A stretch of 64,000 bases of DNA, taken from positions 193,909 to 257,908 of the IMG/VR virus record IMGVR_UViG_2061766007_000342; one strand, given 5' to 3'. Position 1 is the first letter of the stretch; each line of letters starts with the position of its first letter. The stretch is from a virus (Duplodnaviria; Caudoviricetes). The notes beneath the pieces were generated by a model that was given only the letters and a program-made list of their open reading frames with translations, ran no database searches and was not told the origin of the DNA. Position numbers and translations under genes: made by a program. This document shows positions 38,707 through 48,290 of this stretch, piece after piece.

Positions 38707-40479
38707 TTACATATTATCGTCACGAACGAAATGTCCCTGGTCACCCTGGGGTTGCATCAAGAATGCATCGAATACCAATGCACGAGATGTCAATAGATAT
38801 TTTACAATCGACAATGTTGCAACCAATACTTCCAAATCATATTGTGCAGATGTCGGAAGCTGTGTACATGGTACCAAATCATCAGTAATAATATCGAATG
38901 CATATTCCGGTGTTTCAACCGTATAGAATTCGGACATTAACTCATGAAGCTGTTGTTCCTTGGTGTTTCCATGTTTGGACTTCCAAATATCACGACACAG
39001 ATCTTCAATGGACAGCTGAATGGCATCACATACATCTTGTGTGAACTTTGAAAGTGGTGACACATGATCGGATGCATTTTGATGAATACGTGAGATACGT
39101 TCATCACCATACCACAGCATGTTTGGTACAACACCGTAGTTGCATGCAGATTTGACAATGGATACACAGTCATCAATCTTATCCGTGATCATCTTCAGTT
39201 CCAGATTTGTACCTGCTTTCACACGTACAAGTGTATCCTTCTGATCCAATGACAATGCAACGATACGATCATTGATGACAGTTTGACGAACATATGATGT
39301 TTCATTATCACGTTCAATCTTGAGCTTGTTGATGTAATCCGTTGGTGGAGTTGCGTTGTTAATGCACAAGCAATTGTAATTGTGAACTTGGACATTGAAC
39401 GTGGGAATGTTATTGTAATCCACCTCAAGATGATGAATATCATGAAGTGGTACATTCAATATCGCAGCCAAGTCATGCAGTTCATCCTGGACGTAACGAC
39501 CCTTGATCTCTGCCAAATAGATCCGTACAGGACGCTTTGTCAGCTGTGTGGATTTCAAGTAACGTGTGTACTCATTATCCATGAACTGCACATGGAAAGA
39601 TCGTGCAATCAGCAACACAAGTTCTTCTGCTTCTTTATCATATGCATGATTGTAGAAATTTTCCCACTCGGAAGCATTGAACGTGTGATCATACATTACA
39701 ATCTTAAGATTTGTTGGCTTTTCCAATGCCAATGCGAAATCGACATCCATGTTGATACGCGCACGATAATCACCCGGAAGAGGTGTAACTTCATAATTCG
39801 CATTGGATACCGATTCATATGTCGATGAAGAATCTACAATGACATTACGTACAGATGTGACAACATCGTTTTCATCAGTTTCGGGCATCAATGCTTCCAT
39901 CAGCATATCCACCAGCTTCATGTCATAATTGGATGCGACACGGATAATGTTTCGCAATGCAGTACGTGTCATCGGTAAAATCATACCCGTTTCCATATCA
40001 CGTTTGATTGCCAATGACTCTTGAAGCTCCAACTCGATATTGTCAAGCACTTCTTTCAAGTGACGCTTATTATCGGGATTATCCATTAGCGGAAGCATTT
40101 TGTTGAATACCTTTTCCGCCAATAGAATGCATGATGTCGTTCCATCACCAACCGTACGATTGACACGTTCAATAATGTTTTGAATTGCCATGTAAACCAT
40201 ACGCTTATATTGGTGATTGAACCCCAATGAATTGTAAATGTTATAACCGTCTTTGGTAGTAGTGGTTTCACCATTCTGTGAGGTCAACATCATGGTGGAT
40301 CCATATGGTCCATATGTGTTCCGAAGTACATCTGCAACAGTACCAAACGTATCACTTGTGAGACGTTGAAATGCTTCTTCGGGAATCACGTTGATGTGGT
40401 TCTCATGTGAATATTGTGTATAATCATACACACGTTTGAAACCGGCCACTTCCATTTCAGTATCCGATAAACCCGGCAT
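38707..40479 (-). CDS. groEL: Phage GroEL-like chaperonin
   Basis: TYGPYG, TTKDG, GDGTTS, KAGTNLELK...IDD, GVVP. Confidence 0.88.
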   Translation of the reverse strand: MPGLSDTEMEVAGFKRVYDYTQYSHENHINVIPEEAFQRLTSDTFGTVADVLRNTYGPYGSTMMLTSQNGETTTTKDGYNIYNSLGFNHQYKRMVYMAIQNIIERVNRTVGDGTTSCILLAEKVFNKMLPLMDNPDNKRHLKEVLDNIELELQESLAIKRDMETGMILPMTRTALRNIIRVASNYDMKLVDMLMEALMPETDENDVVTSVRNVIVDSSSTYESVSNANYEVTPLPGDYRARINMDVDFALALEKPTNLKIVMYDHTFNASEWENFYNHAYDKEAEELVLLIARSFHVQFMDNEYTRYLKSTQLTKRPVRIYLAEIKGRYVQDELHDLAAILNVPLHDIHHLEVDYNNIPTFNVQVHNYNCLCINNATPPTDYINKLKIERDNETSYVRQTVINDRIVALSLDQKDTLVRVKAGTNLELKMITDKIDDCVSIVKSACNYGVVPNMLWYGDERISRIHQNASDHVSPLSKFTQDVCDAIQLSIEDLCRDIWKSKHGNTKEQQLHELMSEFYTVETPEYAFDIITDDLVPCTQLPTSAQYDLEVLVATLSIVKYLLTSRALVFDAFLMQPQGDQGHFVRDDNM

Positions 40480-40482
40480 GGT

Positions 40483-41148
40483 TTATACCTCCTTTGATGA
40501 CGACGCTCTCGGCCGTTGATGTATCATCTTAAATTCATATATCGCTTTACCGTTCGGGAATCGTTTATTCAAAGAACGATGGGATCGTATGATATCAACT
40601 CCGCTTGTGATGCGGAACATGTCATACTGCACAGCCGTCAACAGTTTCAACATCGTGCTTGTCAACGCATCATGTTGTTTGTCAATTGCTCGACAGATAT
40701 TGTCCAGCTGTGTATCCATGTTTTGGAATTTAGTTTCAAAGTCATCATCGCATTCTTCATATTCATCCATAATGGGTTGCACTTGTTTACGTGCAAATGC
40801 CACTTGAGATTGTAAGAACTGATATCGAGATATCATTGCGTGATAACGTTTCAATTGCGATTCCATAACCCCGTTCAGATCCATCAATTTAATTGATGCA
40901 AACGGTCGAGAGAATTTATTATCTTCATACAACACTGTGAGTGTCTTGATAATTTGAATATTATATGCCAATTCATTGATATGTGACATGGTATCATAAT
41001 CATCTTCATGAATTGTTTCCATCGTATCTAATCCATCAGTTATGATTTCTATCAATGCATGAACAGTGTTGACAAATCGTTGTGCTTCTTGTTGGTCTTG
41101 TTTCTTAATTGATATGACATCCCAAAATAAAAACTTCATCGGAAGCAC
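40483..41148 (-). CDS. Hypothetical helical protein
   Basis: 221-aa ORF within the operon. Confidence 0.55.
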   Translation of the reverse strand: MLPMKFLFWDVISIKKQDQQEAQRFVNTVHALIEIITDGLDTMETIHEDDYDTMSHINELAYNIQIIKTLTVLYEDNKFSRPFASIKLMDLNGVMESQLKRYHAMISRYQFLQSQVAFARKQVQPIMDEYEECDDDFETKFQNMDTQLDNICRAIDKQHDALTSTMLKLLTAVQYDMFRITSGVDIIRSHRSLNKRFPNGKAIYEFKMIHQRPRASSSKEV

Positions 41149-41163
41149 CTCGCGTTTTCGTTG

Positions 41164-42282
41164 TTATTGTTTGATTTTGCATACAGTCAATGTGACAGAA
41201 TTCTTCATTAAAGAATACATCATGCGATTCGTTAAAATGAATGCATCCGTTTGAACAAAGACCGTGTGATTGAATCGATGTAATGCCGTGGTATCAACAT
41301 CAATGATGTTTGCGGGCATTGCACGAATTTGATGTACATCACAACCATTGATTGCAAATACATTGGTTTCTGTGACATCTCGTTTCAATGTCAGATACAC
41401 CCATGTATTCGATTTAAAGATGCGGAATGGTTGACGGGTGTTGACATCATTCTGTTGTCCAGCAATGACAATATCACCTTCGGACAAATGATGTGATAAG
41501 TTGTTGTCATCCAAACCCATCATGATTCGTTTATCCGTGATGACGAACTTTTGGTTCTTACGAATGGGATTCATGGTTTGTTTAGAACGAATGATGTCGA
41601 TCAAAATGGTGTCATCGGTCACATACATTTGATTACCCAATGCACCAATGGAATTGCGACGGATCTTACCATGGTATACTCCACCCTTGGCAGATTTATT
41701 CAACATATCGGTTTCTACACCCCACACATGTCGGGCAGCACCGATAATTGTCGGGAGCTTATGGAAAGATCGGATGATAGTTGGTGTATCAACAAATACT
41801 TCACCGTGGATATCAAATGGATCAACAACAACGACAACTTTTCCATGAAAGTATTGCAGTATTGCATCACGAAAAATATGATCCATTAGGTGTGCATTAT
41901 GTAATACAATGACATCATACATTTTTAAGTATGCAGCATTCAAATAACGTAATGCGGGACGATTGACGGTGGGACGTTTCAATGAAAATGGATCAAATGT
42001 AAACACATCAGAATCCGTTTTATCCACCATCAAGTTACGATAATAGATATGATTCACCATTGCATGTTCGGGTTTCTTCATGTATACAATGTCGGGACAA
42101 CCATCTGCAATCAATACTTTGTCAAATGACGTATATGCAGTTGTTGCATCCAACACTGTACGAAGTAATGGTGAACCACAGATACCACCAACGGTGATAT
42201 GTGTATCATTATTGTTGAAAAAATCAATCAAGGCGTTTAACATGACATCTACTTCAACAATATTCGTTGGACGATCAAACAT
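41164..42282 (-). CDS. Degenerate RecD/Dda-like SF1 helicase (probable pseudo-ATPase)
   Basis: ITVGGICGS (Walker A lacking GKT), VVVVDPFD (motif III-like), and C-terminal HRFNHTVFV and MMYSLMKNS (motif V/VI-like). Confidence 0.45.
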   Translation of the reverse strand: MFDRPTNIVEVDVMLNALIDFFNNNDTHITVGGICGSPLLRTVLDATTAYTSFDKVLIADGCPDIVYMKKPEHAMVNHIYYRNLMVDKTDSDVFTFDPFSLKRPTVNRPALRYLNAAYLKMYDVIVLHNAHLMDHIFRDAILQYFHGKVVVVVDPFDIHGEVFVDTPTIIRSFHKLPTIIGAARHVWGVETDMLNKSAKGGVYHGKIRRNSIGALGNQMYVTDDTILIDIIRSKQTMNPIRKNQKFVITDKRIMMGLDDNNLSHHLSEGDIVIAGQQNDVNTRQPFRIFKSNTWVYLTLKRDVTETNVFAINGCDVHQIRAMPANIIDVDTTALHRFNHTVFVQTDAFILTNRMMYSLMKNSVTLTVCKIKQ

Positions 42283-42313
42283 GTAAAATCACTCCGTTCA
42301 TATGAAATGAATA

Positions 42314-42343
42314 TATTCCGCGGGGATTTAACCCCGCGGAATA
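42314..42343. terminator. GC hairpin
   Basis: TATTCCGCGGGG-atttaa-CCCCGCGGAATA. Confidence 0.6.
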
Positions 42344-42354
42344 CACATTGCGGA

Positions 42355-43005
42355 TTACTTCATTGCGAAGATCTGATCGATCGACAGATCCGTGCCGATG
42401 ACATTATTGACATTGGAGATCTGTTCAACAAGCCAACGGAAATCGGAAGACGTCTCGCCAGTTACACGACGGATGTAGATATCACCATCCGGCTTACCAG
42501 TGCGAGGATCAGACAGCATCTCGGAGATGATTCTCTCAGGACGCAGATATACACGGAAATACTGACGACCATTCTCGGGTGAAGTTGCCAACGTCAGCTG
42601 TGCATTTCTGATGAGTTCGTCCAGCTTTGGACCGATAACACCGAGAGAGTTCAGATGACGTGCAGCTTCCGGAGTCAGCTGCTCGTAAGAGAAGTTCTTC
42701 GGATACATGAACGGCTCGAGCGCTTTCACAACGTCCTTGTCGAGTTCGTAACCGGTCTGGTTCTGCTGGAGAATGCGAGTTGCATAATCATCGGAAGCAA
42801 CATTGTTGTTGACAATCAGATCCTTGGCCTGGATGACAACACGCATACGTACATAAGAATGTGCAGCGTTGATACCAGTCCAACGTGTGAAGTCAGCATC
42901 GATGCGGAATCCGAGAACATCGTTCTCCAGATAGTGCATAATATCTCCAGCAGAGATATTATAGAACTTATTGCCGATCGGTTCGATATTTCCTTTGTTT
43001 GCCAT
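42355..43005 (-). CDS. Hypothetical protein, probably abundant
   Basis: RBS AAGGAGG and strongly biased codons. Confidence 0.7.
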   Translation of the reverse strand: MANKGNIEPIGNKFYNISAGDIMHYLENDVLGFRIDADFTRWTGINAAHSYVRMRVVIQAKDLIVNNNVASDDYATRILQQNQTGYELDKDVVKALEPFMYPKNFSYEQLTPEAARHLNSLGVIGPKLDELIRNAQLTLATSPENGRQYFRVYLRPERIISEMLSDPRTGKPDGDIYIRRVTGETSSDFRWLVEQISNVNNVIGTDLSIDQIFAMK

Positions 43006-43026
43006 GGCGGTTTCCTCCTTTGTGAA

Positions 43027-43401
43027 TTAAGAGATGTAATTTTGTACCAGAATGTAGACTGTCAATACTTTAATTATGGATTGACGATCAACATCCAAGT
43101 CATTGAATGGAATATCATACAGATATCGAGATAATGCATACGGGATACCATCATCGATATCATATCCATATTGGGATTCCAAGATCTCATTGATACGATT
43201 CATATCATTGAAACAAGCTTCAATGTATGTGATATGGATCTTGTCAAGTCGATTCATCTTGGGTTTTAAGGCATTCACCAGTGTGGTGATGTCATTCTCC
43301 AGATTGAACGGGATCTCGACCACGTTCGGATCATCCGGAGTTGTAATCGACAACACATTGTTTGTTGCCAGCTTTTTACAAAATTCCATAAATCCAGCCA
43401 T
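43027..43401 (-). CDS. Hypothetical protein
   Basis: 124-aa ORF coupled to the upstream gene. Confidence 0.6.
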   Translation of the reverse strand: MAGFMEFCKKLATNNVLSITTPDDPNVVEIPFNLENDITTLVNALKPKMNRLDKIHITYIEACFNDMNRINEILESQYGYDIDDGIPYALSRYLYDIPFNDLDVDRQSIIKVLTVYILVQNYIS

Positions 43402-43403
43402 GA

Positions 43404-43796
43404 TTAATACGACCCCATTCCATAAGACGGATTCCAGAAACCATCCATCGGGTGATCATACATCGATGAAATTCCCGACTGATAAGATCCAAATCCGAAT
43501 GAAGAGTAGTTTGAATTTGTACCATAACCATATCCGTACTGGACGGGTGCGGGCTGTGGTGTGGGATTATTACCATAACCATACTGGTTGGGATTCCATG
43601 ACGGAATACCACCGGTATTACGACGAGATGAAGTATCAACCGGAGCGATGGCATCGGAGATACGATTGACTGCTTGGGCGGAACGTTCGAACATGTTAGC
43701 AACACCATCGAACATACTGGGTGCACAATCAAACAGACGATCCATTTGGGCGGTCGTCATTCCCATGTCTTTTTCGTTCATAATGAAAACCTCCAT
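43404..43796 (-). CDS. Tyr/Gly/Ser-rich prion-like low-complexity protein (start probably MNEKD)
   Basis: QYGYGN, QYGYGYG, SYGMGSY and an SSRRN motif. GGAGG precedes the second Met. Confidence 0.7.
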   Translation of the reverse strand: MEVFIMNEKDMGMTTAQMDRLFDCAPSMFDGVANMFERSAQAVNRISDAIAPVDTSSRRNTGGIPSWNPNQYGYGNNPTPQPAPVQYGYGYGTNSNYSSFGFGSYQSGISSMYDHPMDGFWNPSYGMGSY

Positions 43797-43861
43797 TGTT
43801 TTGATATATGATGAACGGATTGCGTAATCAATAGTTCACACAATCCGTTGAATCATTTTGT

Positions 43862-44548
43862 TTACACATTACCATATGCGCATGTTGTTTCCACAACACG
43901 GGATGGGTCGGAACGCGGTACGAATACTTCAGAATGTACATGGGCGAAACATCGATTCAGTACATCATGAAGCTGGTTGCATTCTTCCATGGTCATATGA
44001 TGTACGGGTTCATATGTCGGTTGAAACTGGGCGGAGTTACAACCATATGCCGATTGATTGGGCATATATCCATATGCATTATTCATCACCGGTGTTGTGA
44101 ACATTGCGGGCGTTGCATAATTGTTCATATTCATCGGGATGACCGGATCATTACACGGTGGATAGATCGGATCAATACGATTGATATTGGGATAAATCAT
44201 CGTGTGATTCATCGGTGGGATCATCGGATTGTTTACCGGACGCATCGATACAACAGCCGGAGCACCAAATGTACACGGAGCACCACCCCATGTCCAATTT
44301 TCCGCATATGTTACATTGTTCGGATGTACGGGAACGGTCGGTGCCGGAACCATGCCATGTGCAGCGTTATACACATCCGCATGAGACGGTGCATTTGTGG
44401 TCATCATCATGCCACCACCACATCCACCCCCACAACCATTTTCTTCGGCATTGTTACGCTTTTTGATGTTCATAACAACAGCAACTACAATACCAGCAAT
44501 TGCTGCCAGTCCCATCACGGCATAACCAAACATTGAGATCGGATCCAT
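43862..44548 (-). CDS. N-terminally membrane-anchored Pro/Met/Asn-rich low-complexity protein
   Basis: Transmembrane segment at about residues 7-27, then KKR, GCGGGCGGGMMM and a P/M/N/Y-rich tail. RBS GGAGGTG. Confidence 0.7.
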   Translation of the reverse strand: MDPISMFGYAVMGLAAIAGIVVAVVMNIKKRNNAEENGCGGGCGGGMMMTTNAPSHADVYNAAHGMVPAPTVPVHPNNVTYAENWTWGGAPCTFGAPAVVSMRPVNNPMIPPMNHTMIYPNINRIDPIYPPCNDPVIPMNMNNYATPAMFTTPVMNNAYGYMPNQSAYGCNSAQFQPTYEPVHHMTMEECNQLHDVLNRCFAHVHSEVFVPRSDPSRVVETTCAYGNV

Positions 44549-44886
44549 TTTATTTCACCTCCAATATGTATGGATTCCAATATTCGAAATGAATTTTGAA
44601 TCATATATTCAACGATGACATTCCAAATCAATGGAATGAAATCACAATCAATATGTGCACATATGTTTGTTGTGATTTATTTTCATCGCAATATTCATTA
44701 TGACAACATGCATGGTTTGTTATCCATTCCGGACCACAACCGCAACCATTGCCAACGTATTGTATATGAATACGTTTATCGGTCTTCCATGGTATTACGC
44801 GGTATTACGTGGTTTTCCAAACATTTGTCGAACATGTAATTGGTACCCATTACATGAACGCACACATGCCGTTCATCCCAAAAAAG

Positions 44887-44914
44887 ATATAATTATTCAA
44901 AATAAAAATATTTT
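44887..44914 (-). promoter_or_regulatory. 28-bp motif, identical to 25178-25205; candidate promoter
   Basis: Exact repeat upstream of the low-complexity-protein block. Confidence 0.6.
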
Positions 44915-44970
44915 AAAAACCGACGGGTAAACCCCGTCGGTTTATGATATCATATAAGGAGTTGAAACAT

Positions 44971-46944
44971 ATGGCAGTATTTTTACCGGGGTATGGTCAA
45001 TTAAAAAGTGACAAAGAATCTTTTTTGACCAGTAACCCGATTAATTCCAATTATTCGCCACGGTTGTTTGGTGCACCACCACAATTAACCAGTTTGTGTG
45101 ATATGCGCACATTGTCATCCAAGAATGGACAACCGGGCGCAGTTGGTGATATGTATTTGAATAACATTTTAAAGAATGCACAAGTTGCCAACTTTTCCGT
45201 TGGTCGTGCATTGTTCACCGGTGGTTTCAATTCATTGGTTGCCATTGGTATGAATTTAGCGGCATATGCATATGCGTACAAGCATTATGGCATATCCGGT
45301 AAAAATCAAGAAACCGTTACTGCATCAAATGTATCCGATGACGCATTACATGATTTGACCGTCGCATTTAATGAACGTGCATTGGAATCCACATCATCAA
45401 CAACCACCGGCAATACCGTCACCGAAGATGACATCCAAGCCCAACAAGAATTGGATGCATTGATGAATGGTACCAATACCGAATCACAATATTCCACCAA
45501 TGGTTCATGGGTATCCATCATGGAAGAATTTGCGGAACGAACCACCGATTTAGTCAGTGACGAAATGAACAATGTCGATGAATCCACCGAAGAAGTGACA
45601 CCGTCCACAACCTATTCTGGTTTGGACGATATCTCCGCGGCATTGGGTGGAACATATAACAATTTATCCAATACCGGTTTGGAAGATGATGAATCATTGT
45701 CAATTGATATCGACAGTTTAGACTCCATCGTTGCCATCCTTGAGAACTTGGCTTCGGGTTTTAGTAATACAATACGTGAAACCGGAGCCACATTATCCGC
45801 ATCATTGTTAACCGGTTTATTGGTCAATCAACCATTTTACACATTTGAAGCCGATTGGAAGACGTACATCAACAATGTCAAAATGATGATCAACACCGCC
45901 GTTATTATGTTGGGTTTACAAAATGCATATGTCAGAATCGGTAATCAATACATGTGTGTTGGCAAATCGGCAACGTATACCGGTGGTGATGATGTTTGGA
46001 CGTTGTATCGATATATCACACCCGATGATGATATTGGTACACATACATCAATTGACAACATCAAGGGTGAATCTTCACAATATGTTTCATTTATGATTGA
46101 TCCATCGGGTGAATCGGAATCCTACACCAACACAACTTCTCCATCACAAATATATTCATCCGTCATCAATTCCGGTTCCGATATTGGTTCCGAAATTGCA
46201 TTCATCACGAATTCATCACAATCCGCGATCGATGATTCGGTAATCCAATTGGCGGGTGGTGCGGTCGATACAGCGAATCGCATACTTGGTGCATTGTCGG
46301 GTGGTGTTGGTAAATTCACCGCCGCAATTGCCGCGGGCATGGCACGTACATATACGGGTGATCATGCCATTTATCCCGAGATCTTTAAAGAACATTCATC
46401 CACACAAACGTACACAGTTCATATCAAGTTACGTGCATCACGTGGCGATCCATACACGTATTTGATGGATATATTGGTACCGTTGTTCCATATCATGGCA
46501 ATGGCTTTGCCAAAAATGTCCAAGAACTCCGCAGCATCGTATCAATATCCACCATTGATCCAATGTAATGTACCGGGTATGTGGGGAACACGTTTGGGTA
46601 TTATTGAATCTTTGTCAATCCAAAAAGCCCCCAATGGTGAAATGTCCGTATATGGATATCCATTGTCAATCAATGTTGATGTCATCATTAAAGATTTAAT
46701 GCATGCAATGGTTACCACACCAATGGATGCACCCGCATTGTTTTTGAACAATACTCCCATGTTTGATTATATTGCACAATGTACCGGCGTTGATAAGTAC
46801 CGTGTCAATTCAGCAGCACGTATCATCACCAAGATCGCATTAGCAGCATCCTTTTCAGAATCCACATTTTATAATATCGGCGAAGCAATGACATCGGATC
46901 TCACACATATGTACAACTCCGCCGTATCCATTGCAATTAAATGA
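44971..46944 (+). CDS. Virion structural protein (tube-initiator / baseplate, T4 gp48/gp54-like C-terminal domain)
   Basis: YQYPPLIQC...LGIIESLSIQK...GYPLSINVDVIIKDL. Start reassigned to 44971 behind AAGGAG. Confidence 0.6.
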   Translation: MAVFLPGYGQLKSDKESFLTSNPINSNYSPRLFGAPPQLTSLCDMRTLSSKNGQPGAVGDMYLNNILKNAQVANFSVGRALFTGGFNSLVAIGMNLAAYAYAYKHYGISGKNQETVTASNVSDDALHDLTVAFNERALESTSSTTTGNTVTEDDIQAQQELDALMNGTNTESQYSTNGSWVSIMEEFAERTTDLVSDEMNNVDESTEEVTPSTTYSGLDDISAALGGTYNNLSNTGLEDDESLSIDIDSLDSIVAILENLASGFSNTIRETGATLSASLLTGLLVNQPFYTFEADWKTYINNVKMMINTAVIMLGLQNAYVRIGNQYMCVGKSATYTGGDDVWTLYRYITPDDDIGTHTSIDNIKGESSQYVSFMIDPSGESESYTNTTSPSQIYSSVINSGSDIGSEIAFITNSSQSAIDDSVIQLAGGAVDTANRILGALSGGVGKFTAAIAAGMARTYTGDHAIYPEIFKEHSSTQTYTVHIKLRASRGDPYTYLMDILVPLFHIMAMALPKMSKNSAASYQYPPLIQCNVPGMWGTRLGIIESLSIQKAPNGEMSVYGYPLSINVDVIIKDLMHAMVTTPMDAPALFLNNTPMFDYIAQCTGVDKYRVNSAARIITKIALAASFSESTFYNIGEAMTSDLTHMYNSAVSIAIK

Positions 46945-46952
46945 ATAAAAAA

Positions 46953-46983
46953 TATACATGGGGGCTTGATGCCCCCATGTATA
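46953..46983. terminator. Bidirectional terminator hairpin
   Basis: TATACATGGGGGC-ttgat-GCCCCCATGTATA between convergent genes. Confidence 0.7.
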
Positions 46984-46999
46984 CCACATCAAATCATTA

Positions 47000-47563
47000 T
47001 CACATGAACATATTCATCGCAATCAATCCAAATGTATTTGGGTCAAATGTTGTCATCATACAATCCATTCCGATTGCATCCACCATTGGTACAATACATT
47101 CACCATATTCACCAATCAATTTCAATCCAACATAACATTTACCAGATTCATCAACCCATTTATCCGGTTCAATGCACATCCCACCAGCACGTAAACACTT
47201 TTCTTGACGATATATCTCTAATGCTTTTTCATTTACTTGAAACTCATCTTCGTTCATATTTGGATATAATTCGTCCATGTGTTTACGTATCTCATCAACC
47301 GTACGATGTAAAATGTTTACGAACAACCAATATTTTCCACCGGGTATGAATATCCGATTTCGTTCAAAACCTTCGGAGATACTGACACTCCAACCAATGG
47401 AATTAACCGATTTGGTACCATTTGCTGTTGTTTTCACCGTTGGATATTCAACTCCATCACCATCATATTTGTACACAAATGAAACACGTAATGCTTTGTT
47501 CACAGTCCCACGATATAACGAATATGACAATCTACCGTTACTGTTTACTCCATTCCCATCCAT
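47000..47563 (-). CDS. Hypothetical protein
   Basis: 187-aa ORF, beta-rich with interspersed helices. Confidence 0.55.
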   Translation of the reverse strand: MDGNGVNSNGRLSYSLYRGTVNKALRVSFVYKYDGDGVEYPTVKTTANGTKSVNSIGWSVSISEGFERNRIFIPGGKYWLFVNILHRTVDEIRKHMDELYPNMNEDEFQVNEKALEIYRQEKCLRAGGMCIEPDKWVDESGKCYVGLKLIGEYGECIVPMVDAIGMDCMMTTFDPNTFGLIAMNMFM

Positions 47564-47564
47564 T

Positions 47565-48290
47565 TTACATAATCACTTCCAATTCTTCATCATATTCATT
47601 ATTATGATAACTCATTACGTGATTTAAACGAGCGATAGCACTCTCTTGCTCATTATCATCACAATATCCCATAATGTAATTTAATGCGTCTTCATATTGT
47701 TCTCGTGTCATTCTAGGTATTTTATCAGAAGCTTTCTTATTCTCATTATTATCATTATTTTCAATATTAGTGATTTCATTATCATTCAAACATAATGTCA
47801 TTTTAATGTATTTAATAAAATCACAAATGTCTTCTTTACCATGTCCAAGTAATGTTCCATTCTTATAACTCACGGGATTAATCATATAATGAACATGGAA
47901 ATTACCATTTCTATCTTTATCATCTTCCACTTCATGTATTGCATAAACACATTGCCTTTTCTTTAATATGAAATATTTTGCAATTAAATCAGCTTTTATA
48001 ATAGCTTCATCAATCCCATTAACATGATTTTTATCAAATGAAACAACATAATGAATTAGACTTTTACATGATTTTCTATTAAAGAATTCTTTAATATCAA
48101 TAATACTCCAATAACATTTCTTAAGCATATTCATGTTATCTTCATCATTAAGATTAACACCATAAGCATTTAAATATCTAAAGTCATTTCTAATATTACA
48201 ATCTTTATCATATTTCATGTATTTAATTAAATTCCAACAGTATGTATCATTTACAATACTTTTATTCGTAATTAATTTAATAATGACCAT
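47565..48290 (-). CDS. MOB-P-type HUH relaxase domain protein (short)
   Basis: Motif I LIKYM, motif II HYVVSF, motif III AIHE...HVHYMINPV. Very AT-rich. Confidence 0.75.
   Translation of the reverse strand: MVIIKLITNKSIVNDTYCWNLIKYMKYDKDCNIRNDFRYLNAYGVNLNDEDNMNMLKKCYWSIIDIKEFFNRKSCKSLIHYVVSFDKNHVNGIDEAIIKADLIAKYFILKKRQCVYAIHEVEDDKDRNGNFHVHYMINPVSYKNGTLLGHGKEDICDFIKYIKMTLCLNDNEITNIENNDNNENKKASDKIPRMTREQYEDALNYIMGYCDDNEQESAIARLNHVMSYHNNEYDEELEVIM

Noticed and set aside
42355-43005. Chimallin (nuclear shell) candidate
   Set aside because: At 216 aa it is far shorter than the roughly 600-aa ChmA proteins, and I recognise no shared motif.
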